A DNA stretch of 40,134 nt from an uncultured Thermoleophilia bacterium (GTDB lineage Bacteria > Actinomycetota > Thermoleophilia > Miltoncostaeales > Miltoncostaeaceae), in NCBI GenBank assembly GCA_947258365.1, contig CAMYIK010000001.1, forward strand, positions 1 to 40,134, read 5' to 3'. This document shows positions 23,362 through 33,034 of the stretch, one piece after another. A program made the translations under genes and the position numbers. Below the pieces are notes generated by a model, which was given only the letters and a program-made list of their open reading frames with translations, made no database searches and was not told the DNA's origin. How positions within the stretch are numbered: the first letter of the stretch is position 1; the number at the start of each line of letters is the position of its first letter.

Positions 23362-25752
23362 TCACGCCAGGGGTGATTCAGGAAGGCCATTCGGGCGAAC
23401 TTTCGGGGGGTTTTGGGCCAGAGGCACGCTGGAGCGGTCTTGCACCCAGGCGTCCAGCGCCCGTGGTGGCCGAGGGCGCGAAATCAAGAAGCCCTGCGCC
23501 CGCGGCACGCCCATCTCGCGAAGCTGATCCCACTGAGCGACGGTCTCGACACCCTCGGCAACGACATCCGCGTCGAGAGCCGCCGCCAGATCCACGATCG
23601 CCCCGACGATCTCACGGTCTGAGCCTCCCGCACCAAGGCCGCCGACGAACATTCGGTCGATCTTCACCTCCGCGACGAACGACAGGACCCTCAGATGAGC
23701 AAGGGAGGAGCGCCCGGTGCCGAAATCATCGATCGAAAGCCGGATACCGAAGGCGGCGAGCTGTTCGAGCACCGGAATGCACTCCTCGAGACGCTCGACG
23801 AGCGCGTCCTCTGGCAGCTCGAGCACCAGTTGGCTCGCGGAGATCTCGTATTCATCCAGTAGCGCCTTTGCGAGCGTCGCGAACGCGGGGTCCTCGGCCT
23901 GAGACTCGGCTAGATTGACCGAGATCGGCAGCGGGGGCAGATCGGAAGACATCTCGTTCCATCGCCGAGCCTCAGTCAAGGCGCGACGCAGCACCCGCTC
24001 GCCGATCTCGTTCATCAAGCCCACCTCGCGCGCGACCGGCAGAAAGCGGTCCGGAGGCACGACACCCATCGCCGAGTGTTCGAGGCGAACCAACGCCTCC
24101 AGGCCGACCAGCGCTCCGGTCTGGAGGGAGACGACCGGCTGGTATTCGACCCGCAGCCGGTCGGAGGCAAGTGCCTCGACCACTGCCTCCTCCATGGCCA
24201 GACGCTCGAGCGCTTGGCGTCGCATCGAAGCATCGAAGCGCTGAACCTCGTGACCTGAGCGCTTCGCCTCATACATCGCCGCATCGGCGTCTCTGATCAG
24301 TGCGTCGGCCGACGCCACCTCACCTGGGGCGGCGTGAGCGACGCCGATGCTGGCGCTTACCGAGAGCATCCTCTCACCGAGCGCGACCGGCTCGTGAAGG
24401 CACGCGGCGAGGCGGTGACCGATAGCGACAGCGTCATCGAGGTCCGCGAGGCCGGGGCACACGATGACGAACTCGTCACCCCCGAAGCGTCCCACGACGT
24501 CCGTTCCGGCCACGCCACGACGGAGTCGCTCACCGACCGCACGCAGCAGCTCGTCGCCCACGGGATGACCGAGGCTGTCGTTAACCACCTTGAACCGATC
24601 AACGTCGAGCAGCAGCACCCCGAGCGCGTCGCCGTGTCGGCGGCTCTGATCGAGCTCATTCCTCAAGGCTCGCTCGATGCCGCTGCGGTTCGCGAGACCA
24701 GTCAATGCGTCCACGTGGATCTCCCTCTCCCACTCGCTCAGCCGCCGCGAAATGGTTCGCGCTCGACGGCCGAGAGCCATCAGCAGAGCCGAGGCAAGAG
24801 AAAGCGACACCCCGATGACCGCGGCAAGTAGGACTTCGTAGGCCGTTAGGCTGGGCCCGGAGGAGCTCCAGACCTGGACGCTGCCGGCTAACGCGGCCGA
24901 GGTGAAGCGACTCTCGGCGGCCGAGGCCGACCGCCGGTTCGGGTCCCCAGCCAAGACGACCTCATCGAGCGGCCCTCCGAGAAAGCTGGAATCGCCGGCA
25001 ATCGAAAGGCCGCGTTCAGCACGAGAAGCGATTTCCGCAACCCGAGCGCCGGGGCTGATCTCGCCCGCCAGCCATCCGATGAAGGCACCCTCTGGGGGGG
25101 ACTCGGATATCGGTACGAGGACGCTGAGCGGGCTGAGTTCGAGGTCCCATTCGTAGCGCGTGGCCAGACTCTCGAAGGAACGTCGAGCCGCCGCGGGAAT
25201 GTGGCCAAGGATCGGCCGGCTCGTGCGTCGGGAGTTCTCAAGCTCGCGACCGACACCGGGAAGTGGGCCGATATCGAGGCCGACGGCCCCGTCGGGCATC
25301 CCGGGCGTAAGACGCGTAACAACGAAGTACTCGTCTGCTGTGGGGTTGGGCAGCTGGGCGGTGAAGGTCGGCATGCCGGCGGCGCGTTCATGCCGCACAA
25401 GAGCATCAAGTCCATCGCGCGAAGCCGGGCGAATCAGCACGACGTTCTTAAGCCATGACCCCTCGCTCAGCGCGACAGATTCCAGGAAGTCCGTCCACTG
25501 ATCGTTCGTCGGATCCGCTGTGCGGACGAACGCCGAAGTGATCCCGAGACGATCTGAGGTCACCTGTGCTTCCGCCTCGATTACCGCGGTCAGTCGGTCA
25601 GCGTCGCGTGCGAGGTCCGCGGTGAAGTGCTGCTCGGCCTGCAGGCGCAGCACGACGATGGCCACGAAAAAGGCGATGAGGAACACCAGCGCTCCCACAA
25701 GAGGTGCGGGATTGCGCCCTAGGCGTAACGCGCGTGAGGCTAGAGAGGTCAT
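23362..25752 (-). CDS. Membrane sensor protein: TM, CHASE-like extracytoplasmic domain, TM, GGDEF, EAL (c-di-GMP turnover), paralog 1
   Basis: GGDEF elements: VDALTGLANRSG...LLLDVDRFKVVNDSLGHPVGDELL...GRFGGDEFVIV. EAL elements: YQPVV...GLEALVRL, ISVNLAE, LELPED, SIDDFGTGRSSL, VKIDRMFV, VAEGVET, AQGFLISRP. Two hydrophobic segments flank a domain of about 270 aa (WLKNVVLIRPASRDGLDALVRHE...EYFVVTRLTP) that I read as CHASE-like. The start is set at ATG 25752 (MTSLASRALRLGRNP...); the track start is 25800. Confidence 0.88.
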   Translation of the reverse strand: MTSLASRALRLGRNPAPLVGALVFLIAFFVAIVVLRLQAEQHFTADLARDADRLTAVIEAEAQVTSDRLGITSAFVRTADPTNDQWTDFLESVALSEGSWLKNVVLIRPASRDGLDALVRHERAAGMPTFTAQLPNPTADEYFVVTRLTPGMPDGAVGLDIGPLPGVGRELENSRRTSRPILGHIPAAARRSFESLATRYEWDLELSPLSVLVPISESPPEGAFIGWLAGEISPGARVAEIASRAERGLSIAGDSSFLGGPLDEVVLAGDPNRRSASAAESRFTSAALAGSVQVWSSSGPSLTAYEVLLAAVIGVSLSLASALLMALGRRARTISRRLSEWEREIHVDALTGLANRSGIERALRNELDQSRRHGDALGVLLLDVDRFKVVNDSLGHPVGDELLRAVGERLRRGVAGTDVVGRFGGDEFVIVCPGLADLDDAVAIGHRLAACLHEPVALGERMLSVSASIGVAHAAPGEVASADALIRDADAAMYEAKRSGHEVQRFDASMRRQALERLAMEEAVVEALASDRLRVEYQPVVSLQTGALVGLEALVRLEHSAMGVVPPDRFLPVAREVGLMNEIGERVLRRALTEARRWNEMSSDLPPLPISVNLAESQAEDPAFATLAKALLDEYEISASQLVLELPEDALVERLEECIPVLEQLAAFGIRLSIDDFGTGRSSLAHLRVLSFVAEVKIDRMFVGGLGAGGSDREIVGAIVDLAAALDADVVAEGVETVAQWDQLREMGVPRAQGFLISRPRPPRALDAWVQDRSSVPLAQNPPKVRPNGLPESPLA

Positions 25753-25866
25753 GTACGGCGCCAGAGTCGGGGATGGCGCCCACCGGCCGATTGCGGGCAA
25801 CGCGTTCGCTTATGTCACAAAGTGGGCCATCCGCGAAGCGTCTGGACCCAGACTTCCGTCGAGGAT

Positions 25867-26355
25867 CTACCTGCGGCGAGCGGCTTTCATCGCCCGATCG
25901 GACTCGCGTCGATCCTCTCGTTCGCGAATCGTTTGGCGTTTGTCGTACCGAGTCTTACCTCGCCCCAGGCCGATCTGGGCCTTCACCCGCCCCTGTTCGT
26001 TGAAGTAGAGGCTCATCAGGACCACTGAGAGGCTTTTTTGATTTACCTCGGTCTCGAGTCGCTCGATCTCGCGGCGATGAAGGAGGAGCTTCCGAGTGCG
26101 ATCCGCTTCGTGGCCAGCCCTCGAGGCGGGCGCATACTCGGGAATGTGAAGCCCGAGCAGCCAGGCCTCCCCGTCCTTGAACACCACATAGGCATCGCCG
26201 ATCGACGCGCCTCGCTCGCGGAGGGCTTTGACCTCGCTTCCGAGCAGCACGAGACCCGCCTCGAAGCGGTCAATGATCTCGTAGTCGAACTTCGCGCGCC
26301 GATTGCGCGCAATGTCTCGCCCCGGGGAGTCGTACCTTTTGCTCTTCTTGGCCAT
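25867..26355 (-). CDS. smpB: SsrA-binding protein SmpB
   Basis: The sequence is MAKKSKRYDSPGRDIARNRRAKFDYEIIDRFEAGLVLLGSEVKALRERGASIGDAYVVFKDGEAWLLGLHIPEY...TRKLLLHRREIERL...SVVLMSLYFNEQGRVKAQIGLGRGKTRYDKR. The start is set at ATG 26355; the track start 26421 adds 22 Arg-rich residues. Confidence 0.92.
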   Translation of the reverse strand: MAKKSKRYDSPGRDIARNRRAKFDYEIIDRFEAGLVLLGSEVKALRERGASIGDAYVVFKDGEAWLLGLHIPEYAPASRAGHEADRTRKLLLHRREIERLETEVNQKSLSVVLMSLYFNEQGRVKAQIGLGRGKTRYDKRQTIREREDRRESDRAMKAARRR

Positions 26356-26445
26356 CGAGGGCGGGATGCTATCGGCCACCGGCCGCGACCCACTCGCCCT
26401 TAGCCGCGCCCCGCGACGCACAGGCGCTTCTTCAGGTCTTCATGG

Positions 26446-28848
26446 CTACGAAGGAGGAAGAGCCTTGGATCCGTTCGGGAGTTGGTGGATTTCGAAGCGG
26501 TCGCCGACGGCTCTTCCGTGATCTCCGGCCCAGTTGTTGGCGACCTCGGCGCCCTGGGGTCGGGCGAAGAAGAAACCCTGAGCATGGGATACGCCCAGCT
26601 CGAGGAGCCGTTCCCACTGCTCTTGTGTCTCGACGCCCTCAGCGACGACTCGAGCTTTCAGAGCCGCGGCGAGGTCGACGATCGCTCCGACGATGTCGAT
26701 GTCCGACCCGGATCCGCCGAGGCCCGCGACGAAGGTTCGATCGATCTTGACCTCAGACACGAAGGACAGCAGTCGTAGATGCGCGAGAGACGAACGGCCG
26801 GTGCCAAAGTCGTCGACCGACAGCTCGACTCCGAGCGCGACGAGCCGCTTCAGAACCGGTACGCACTCTTGGAGATGCTCGACGAGGGCGTCCTCCGACA
26901 ACTCGAAGCAGATCTGCGACGGGTCAACGCCATGCTCGTTGAGGAGCTCCGCGACGAAACCGACGAGATTGGGATCGGCCGCCTGAGACTCGGCGAGGTT
27001 GATCGAGATCCGCAGAGGAGGCTCATCGGGAAAACTCTCGTTCCACCGGCGCGCGTTGGCCACGGCCATTCTGATGACCTCTTCCCCGACCCGTCCCATC
27101 AGGCCGACCTCCCGAGCAACCGGAAGGAAGCGGTCCGGAGGAAGAAGGCCGAGGGTCGGATGGTTCATTCGTACGAGCGCTTCGACGCCGGCCAGAGTCC
27201 CGGCGCTCATGGTCACGATGGGCTGGTAGACGAGCTCGAACCAGCCGTTCTCGAGGGCGTCGACGACGGCCTCTTCCATCATGAGGCGATCGAGTGCCCG
27301 GCTCCTCAACGAGGCATCAAAGACCCGCACGCTCCGGCCGTTGCGCTTGGCCGCGTACATCGCCGCGTCAGCATCGCGGATGAGGTCGTCGGGATCCGTC
27401 CCGCCGTCAGCGCGCGCGACCGCGACCCCGATGCTCGCGCTCACCGAGAGGCTGCGTCCACCAATCTCGATTGGCGCGAGGAGCGTGCGCTCGAGACGGC
27501 GCGCGATCTTTTCCGCGTCCTTGGGACTCGCGAGGTTCGGTGCGATGACCACGAACTCATCGCCGCCGAAGCGCCCCAAGACGTCGTTCGAGGAGATTCC
27601 GCCTCGCAGTCGACCGCCAACCGCCCGCAGGAGCTCATCGCCGACGGCGTGTCCAAGACTGTCGTTGACCACCTTGAATCGATCGATGTCGAGGAGCATC
27701 ACGGCCAGGGACCCGTTTGACGCGTCGCGCCGAGTCAACTCAGTGCTGAGCGCGCGCTCGAGGCCAACTCTGCTCTTGAGGCTGGTGAGCGGATCGATCT
27801 GGATCTCGCGCTCCGACTCACCGAGGCGGCGGCGCAGGCCGACGGCCCGGCCGAGAAGGAGCACTCCAAGGCCCGCAACGCCCGCGACTGATGCGGCCAA
27901 AAGTAGCGCGGTGAGGACCTGGCTCGCGCCGAAGGCCGGCGCTCCGAGACTCCAGACGTGAATGTTTCCGGCCAGCAGAGGGGTGCTGAAGCCGCGATGC
28001 TCGGAGAGGCTCGCGTTGTGTTGGCTATCGGCACCTGCCACCGTGATGAGCCTGTCGCTGATCCACTCGACCTTGCTGTCGAATTCGACGGCCAGGCCAA
28101 CGTTCTCCGCCTTCGCAAGCTTCATCAGTGACTCCTCGAGCCGGAATTCGGCCGCAAGCCAACCCGTGGAGGTGCCGTCGGCGTCGGTCATCGGCAACAG
28201 CGCCGCAACCGTGCCGATCTCCTCATCCCAGCCGAGCCGATCACCAAAGACCTGGAACAGCTGCTTGGTCCCGTCCGGCAGGACACCGATCGCGGCCTGG
28301 TCAGTTCGCGCCGTACGATTGAGAATGGCCTCAGCCACTGGCAGGGCGAACAGGTCGACTGCGCGTGCGCGCGAATCGCCCGGATCGTTCACCCGGGTAA
28401 CGATCGCGAACTCGGACGCGCCTGGCCGTGGCGCCGGGGCCTCGACCCGCCCGCCGCGAGTCGATTCGTAAGCGATGAAGTCCGCGAGCTCGTCAGCGGG
28501 AACGCGCCTGATGACCACGACGTTGTCGAGCCAGGAGTGGCTCGCGAGCTTCGCGTCTCCCATGTACGACCGCCATTCAGCCACGCTTGGATCGGACGAC
28601 GAAACGAACGACCGGGTCTGCTGGAGATCCTGGGAGGTCATTGCGGCCTCCGACTCGACTCCGGCAAGCACCAGCGAGGCTTGGCGTGCGAAGTCCACCT
28701 CAAAGCGCTGATTGGCCTGGTTGCTCATCGCGAACATCGCGATCAGAGCTAGCGCGACGAAGATGCCGATCGTCGCGAGGAAGGCCGGGCTCATAACGAG
28801 CTTCGGGGCCCAGGAGGGGCGGGAGAGTTTGGATGAGGGGAGTGCCAT
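26446..28848 (-). CDS. Membrane sensor protein: TM, CHASE-like domain, TM, GGDEF, EAL, paralog 2
   Basis: The architecture matches 23362..25752 and the two align along the whole length: WLDNVVVIRRVPADELADFIAYE, IDPLTSLKSRVG, MLLDIDRFKVVNDSLGHAVGDELL, GRFGGDEFVVI, YQPIV...GVEALVRM, SINLAE, SVDDFGTGRSSL, VKIDRTFV, VAEGVET, AQGFFFARP. The start is uncertain: ATG 28848 (MALPSSKL...) or ATG 28794 (MSPAFLATIGIFVALALIAMF). The track start 29037 is unlikely. Confidence 0.88.
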   Translation of the reverse strand: MALPSSKLSRPSWAPKLVMSPAFLATIGIFVALALIAMFAMSNQANQRFEVDFARQASLVLAGVESEAAMTSQDLQQTRSFVSSSDPSVAEWRSYMGDAKLASHSWLDNVVVIRRVPADELADFIAYESTRGGRVEAPAPRPGASEFAIVTRVNDPGDSRARAVDLFALPVAEAILNRTARTDQAAIGVLPDGTKQLFQVFGDRLGWDEEIGTVAALLPMTDADGTSTGWLAAEFRLEESLMKLAKAENVGLAVEFDSKVEWISDRLITVAGADSQHNASLSEHRGFSTPLLAGNIHVWSLGAPAFGASQVLTALLLAASVAGVAGLGVLLLGRAVGLRRRLGESEREIQIDPLTSLKSRVGLERALSTELTRRDASNGSLAVMLLDIDRFKVVNDSLGHAVGDELLRAVGGRLRGGISSNDVLGRFGGDEFVVIAPNLASPKDAEKIARRLERTLLAPIEIGGRSLSVSASIGVAVARADGGTDPDDLIRDADAAMYAAKRNGRSVRVFDASLRSRALDRLMMEEAVVDALENGWFELVYQPIVTMSAGTLAGVEALVRMNHPTLGLLPPDRFLPVAREVGLMGRVGEEVIRMAVANARRWNESFPDEPPLRISINLAESQAADPNLVGFVAELLNEHGVDPSQICFELSEDALVEHLQECVPVLKRLVALGVELSVDDFGTGRSSLAHLRLLSFVSEVKIDRTFVAGLGGSGSDIDIVGAIVDLAAALKARVVAEGVETQEQWERLLELGVSHAQGFFFARPQGAEVANNWAGDHGRAVGDRFEIHQLPNGSKALPPS

Positions 28849-29122
28849 GGGCTCGAATGCGCGGTGCGCACAAGGCTTGTGACACATGAGGCCCCTCGGC
28901 CGGTCCCGACCAGAGATAACTCTCGTAGAGGTTTCTACTAGTAGGCCACCGGCGGCACCCCATCCGCGCTTAGCCGCGCCCTGAGACCCGCAGACGCTGC
29001 GCCCCACGGCGTCCTCGCTCGTCACGATGCTGCGCATCGCTCCTCATGCACGCCTTCGGCGCCTACGTCCTTGTGCGCTTTGGTCTGCGTGCCTCAGGTC
29101 ATCGGCACGCACGGGCGGAGCG

Positions 29123-30872
29123 CTACCGGCGGCGACCAGCGTTTCGGCGGCGGCGCACTACGCCGTCGCCGGGCTCGAGATCGACGCGATGCCTCAGTGG
29201 CTCGATGTCGGCCACGCGGATTTCGAGCCGGTCGCCGAGCGCGATCCGGTTGCCTGTGCGCTCCCCGACAAGAGCGATCTCCATTGCGTCGGCGGTGAAG
29301 TACTCGTCGCCGATCGTCCGGGCGGGAAGGAAGCCCTCGAAAGCGCCGCCAAAGGCGACGAACACGCCACCCCCGACGACTCCGACCACCTCGCCTTCGT
29401 GCTTGTCGGAGATCACCCCCTCCGCGAGTTGACGACGCAGTAACAGGGCGGAGCAGATTCGGGCGGCGCGCCGTTCGATCCCGGCGATTTCCCGCTCGCG
29501 CTCCGAAGCATCGAAGGCCGCCTCAGAGAGCTCTTCCGTGCTTGGCGCGGGAGCGTCGGAACCGATGGTCGCAAGCAGCGCCCGATGCGCGAGCAGGTCG
29601 GGGTAGCGGCGAATCGGCGAGGTGAAGTGGAGATAGGCATCGCTGGCAAGACCCGAGTGGGAGCTCCCGTCGATCGCGTACCGGGCCTGCTTCAACGATC
29701 GGAGGACCAAGACGGCCAGCGCGCGGTCTCCGGCGCCGCCGTGGCCACCCTTCCGGAGCGCTGCCGCGGCCGCGACCGCGGCAGCGCGTCTTTGCTGGGG
29801 CCCGAGGGCGCCATCGGAGAGAGGCGGCGTGGCCACGTCGAGTGCCTCCAGCTGGTCGTACAGGCGCTCGATGCTGGACTGGTCGGGATCCTCATGAACC
29901 CGAAAGATCCCCGGCGCCTTACGCGCGAGCAGCTGCCGTGCGACCGCCTCGTTGGCGGCGATCATGCACTCCTCGATCAGCTGGTGCGACTCGCTTTGGG
30001 TCTCCATCTCGACTGCTGCCACACCGTTCTCGTCGAAGTGGAACCGCGCTCTCGATCTCCAGTGCGCCGCGAGCCATCCGGCGTGCGCGAAGCGCCCGGG
30101 CGAGCTCGCGCGCGGCACTGATGCTGTCTTCCACGTCATCCGCGCCAAGGGACTTCCCGTCGAAATGCCGGTCGATGTCCTTGTAGGTGAGGTCTCGACG
30201 GGAATGGATCAGCGCGCGATAGAAGGTCGCCGAGATAGGTTCCCCATCGGCCGCAAGGTCGATTTGTGCCGTGACTACTGGTCGATCGACCCCTGCATAG
30301 AGGCTGCATGCCCCAGCGCTGAGCTCGCGAGGCAACATCGGGTCGACCGCGCCCGGGACGTAGGCGCTGAAGGCGCGTCGAGCCGCCTCTTGATCGAGCG
30401 GCCCTCCTACGGGAACGAAATGCGCGACGTCGGCGATATGCACGAAGAGCCGAAACCCGCCGTCACGTCGCTCCACGATAATCGCGTCGTCATGGTCCTT
30501 CGCGCCGTCCGGATCAATCGTCACCACGGCCTGCTCACGTAGGTCGCGGCGACTCGCGCCTATGCCGATGTCAACGGCGGACGCCACCTCAGCCTCCTGG
30601 CGCGCCTCGGCGCCGAAGCGTCGCTTGCGACCCGCGTCCCGCAGGATCGCGTCCAAGATGACACGAGGATCATCCGCGGGTCCGTGGACCTCGATGACCT
30701 TCGCGCCCCGGCCCTGCAGCGCCACGGTGACCAAGTCGCCCAGCTGCGCTCGCCCGCGCGAGTTTCGCGAGACGCTGATCGCCCGCCCCTGCTCGAACGC
30801 GGGTCGCGCGGCCATGCCCCGGCCAAAAGGCACGATTTGAGCAACGACCGCGCGGCCGCCTCGGCTGCTCAC
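29123..30872 (-). pseudogene. rnr: RNase R / RNase II-family 3'-5' exoribonuclease, reading frame broken once near 30040..30050 (pseudogene or single-base assembly error)
   Basis: Two overlapping track ORFs together make one RNB protein. ORF 29919..30872 ends ...ARALRARRMARGALEIESA and then goes out of frame. ORF 29123..30148 picks up ...RFHFDENGVAAVEMETQSESHQLIEECMIAANEAVA. RNB motifs are TIDPDGAKDHDDAI, FVHIADVAHFV and LHFTSPIRRYPDLLAHR, with a C-terminal S1-like domain (EGEVVGVVGGGVFVAFGG). The junction is gag agc gcg g ttc cac ttc. The GTG start overlaps the ctp stop (GTGA). Confidence 0.8.
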
Positions 30873-32034
30873 CCCACCTTTTCCGCGGAGATCTTCAGGG
30901 CGCGCTGAAGAGCCTCGTCGATCTTTGGGGTCCCCAGGTCGTCGACAACTCGGATGCCGGGAACGAGGCCCTTCTCGTTGATGTCTTGTCCCGACGGAGT
31001 GCGGTAGCGAGCGATCGTCAGCTTGAGAGCGCCACCGTCGCGCAGCTCTCGAGTACCTTGCACAAGCGCCTTTCCGAACGTCCGATGACCCACCAAGTTC
31101 GCCCGCTTGTCGTCGCGGAGCGCTCCAGCAACGATCTCGCTGGCACTCGCGCTGTCAGCGTCCACAAGAACCACCAACGGGAGCTCTTCGGTCACGGGAT
31201 CCTCGTCGGTGGTCAAGTTCTTCTCCTCGACCGAGCGACCTTCGGTCGTGACAACCGTCGCGCCCTTCTCGAGGAAGACGCTCGATTACCGCGAAGGTCG
31301 AAGACCAGCGCCGAGGCACCCTCCTCGACGAGTCGCTCGACGTCCATGCGCACCGCGTCACCGGCGCCCCGCGCGAACTGTCGCAGCGTGAAGTAGCCGA
31401 CCTTGGTGCCGTTGACGGTGCGGATCTCCGCCGTGGTCAACTCGATCGCGATGCGAGCGCGTTTGACATCAACGTCGAACGGTGCGCCGCTGCCACGCTT
31501 CAAGGTGAGGGTCACGGTGGAGCCATCGGGGCCCCTGATGTTGCCGACAGTCGCATCCAGCCGCTCCGGGTCGACCGCGACGCCGTCGACCTTCACTATC
31601 TGGTCGTTCGCCTTGATTCCGGCGTCTTCGGCGGGACTGCCTTCGAAGACTCGAGTAATGACGACCTGATCGTCATCGAGGCTCACTTGGAGTCCCACGC
31701 CCGAATAGCGACCGTCGTTGCGATCGCGCAGCTCTTGGTACTCCTCCTTGGTGAGGTAGTCGGTAAAAGGGTCGTCGAGAGCCTTGATGACCTCATCGAC
31801 GGACGTGACCGCGAGCTGCTCAGAATCAATGTCGCGGAAATACTCGTCGTCGAGGATCCGCAGAACTTCCGAGGCGATGTTGCCCTCGGCTTCGCCGACC
31901 AGGACACCACGAATGGGGTCGGGAAGAGTCGTGAGCCCTGTGGCGATCGGGTGCCCGCCGACCAACACACCGGCGAAGAACAGGCTCAACGCGACGATGC
32001 CGGCGATGGCGAAGCGGATCGTGATGCCGATCAT
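30869..32034 (-). pseudogene. S41 carboxyl-terminal processing peptidase (Ctp/Prc family) with an internal out-of-frame deletion near 31285
   Basis: ORF 31213..32172 gives a TM anchor (MIGITIRFAIAGIVALSLFFAGVLVG, start ATG 32034), a PDZ domain (GVGLQVSLDDDQVVITRVFEGSPAEDAGIKANDQIVKVDG) and ...ALVFDLRGN, then goes out of frame. A second frame, from my translation (the track ORF 30869..31216 starts further in), continues [18 protein letters not shown]...[21 protein letters not shown] (catalytic Ser)...[10 protein letters not shown] (catalytic Lys). The expected PGGLL... stretch after DLRGN is absent. Confidence 0.75.
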
Positions 32035-32131
32035 CGCGGCCGGACGGGTCGGGGATGCACAACCATCGATTGTAGAGCGGTCCCCAGTCGGGCCGTCTCG
32101 CTCGCGTGCTCCGAGACCCGGAGCGCGGCGA

Positions 32132-33031
32132 CTAGACCTTGAGGAAGCGGCGGATCGTGATGCCGGAGCCAAGGGCCCCGACGATCGCGCCTGATGCGAT
32201 CAGGATTCCCGCGAGCGCGGAGAATCCGATCGTCGTGGCGGTGTCGCGAGTCAGACTGTCGTCGTTCTCGACGATCCAATTGTCGACCACACCGATCTTT
32301 ACCGCCCACAGCAATCCGACGGCGAGGGCCGCCCCGATGAGACCGCAGACGATGCCCTCGATGACGAACGGCCAACGGATGAACCAATTCGTGCCACCGA
32401 CCAGGCGCATGATCTCCACCTCGCGGCGCCGCGCAAAGACCGAGAGACGGATTGTGTTCGCGATCAGCAGCAACGACGCGATCAACAGGATCACGATCAA
32501 CCCAAGGCCGGTCCACTGGATGAAGCGCGCGACGTCGAGAAGACGACTGGTCGTCTCACCCCCGTCGACAACGCCGGCCGATGGGTCGATCGCCGGGAAG
32601 TCTCGAAGGGCGGCGATGATGTCACCAGACCGCTCCGCTTGAGCGGGCTTGATGATGTACGAGCGCGGAAACGGGTTGCCCGGCAGCTCTTCGAGGATCG
32701 TGGGGTCCTGGAGGCGCTCGCGCATGATCTCCAGCGCTTCCTGCTTGTCCACGAAATCGAAGGACTCGACCGTGCCGTCGCTTTGGAGGGCGACGATCCC
32801 GGCCTCCAGCTCTGCGACCTGATCGACCGTGGCAGGGTCCGAGATGTACGCCCGCACGTCGATGCGGTCCTTCTGCTGGTCGACCGCCGACTGCACGAAC
32901 AGGAATGACGGAATGAACGCGCCGAGAACGAAGACCGCGATGGCGACGGTGGTCGTCGCGGCGATAGCGACGGCCATGTTGGCGCGAATCGACCGCAGCG
33001 CCTCGGCGATGAAAAAACGTGCCTTGCGCAT
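32132..33031 (-). CDS. ftsX: Cell division permease-like protein FtsX
   Basis: The 299-aa ORF has an N-terminal TM, an extracellular domain, and three C-terminal TMs (EVEIMRLVGGTNWFIRWPFVIEG). It lies immediately downstream of ftsE. Confidence 0.9.
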   Translation of the reverse strand: MRKARFFIAEALRSIRANMAVAIAATTTVAIAVFVLGAFIPSFLFVQSAVDQQKDRIDVRAYISDPATVDQVAELEAGIVALQSDGTVESFDFVDKQEALEIMRERLQDPTILEELPGNPFPRSYIIKPAQAERSGDIIAALRDFPAIDPSAGVVDGGETTSRLLDVARFIQWTGLGLIVILLIASLLLIANTIRLSVFARRREVEIMRLVGGTNWFIRWPFVIEGIVCGLIGAALAVGLLWAVKIGVVDNWIVENDDSLTRDTATTIGFSALAGILIASGAIVGALGSGITIRRFLKV

Positions 33032-33034
33032 TCC

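Noticed and set aside
25801-25866. Short hairpin (gtctgg-ac-ccagac) after smpB as a terminator
   Set aside because: The effective stem is only about 5 bp with a minimal loop and no U-tract, which is not enough to call.
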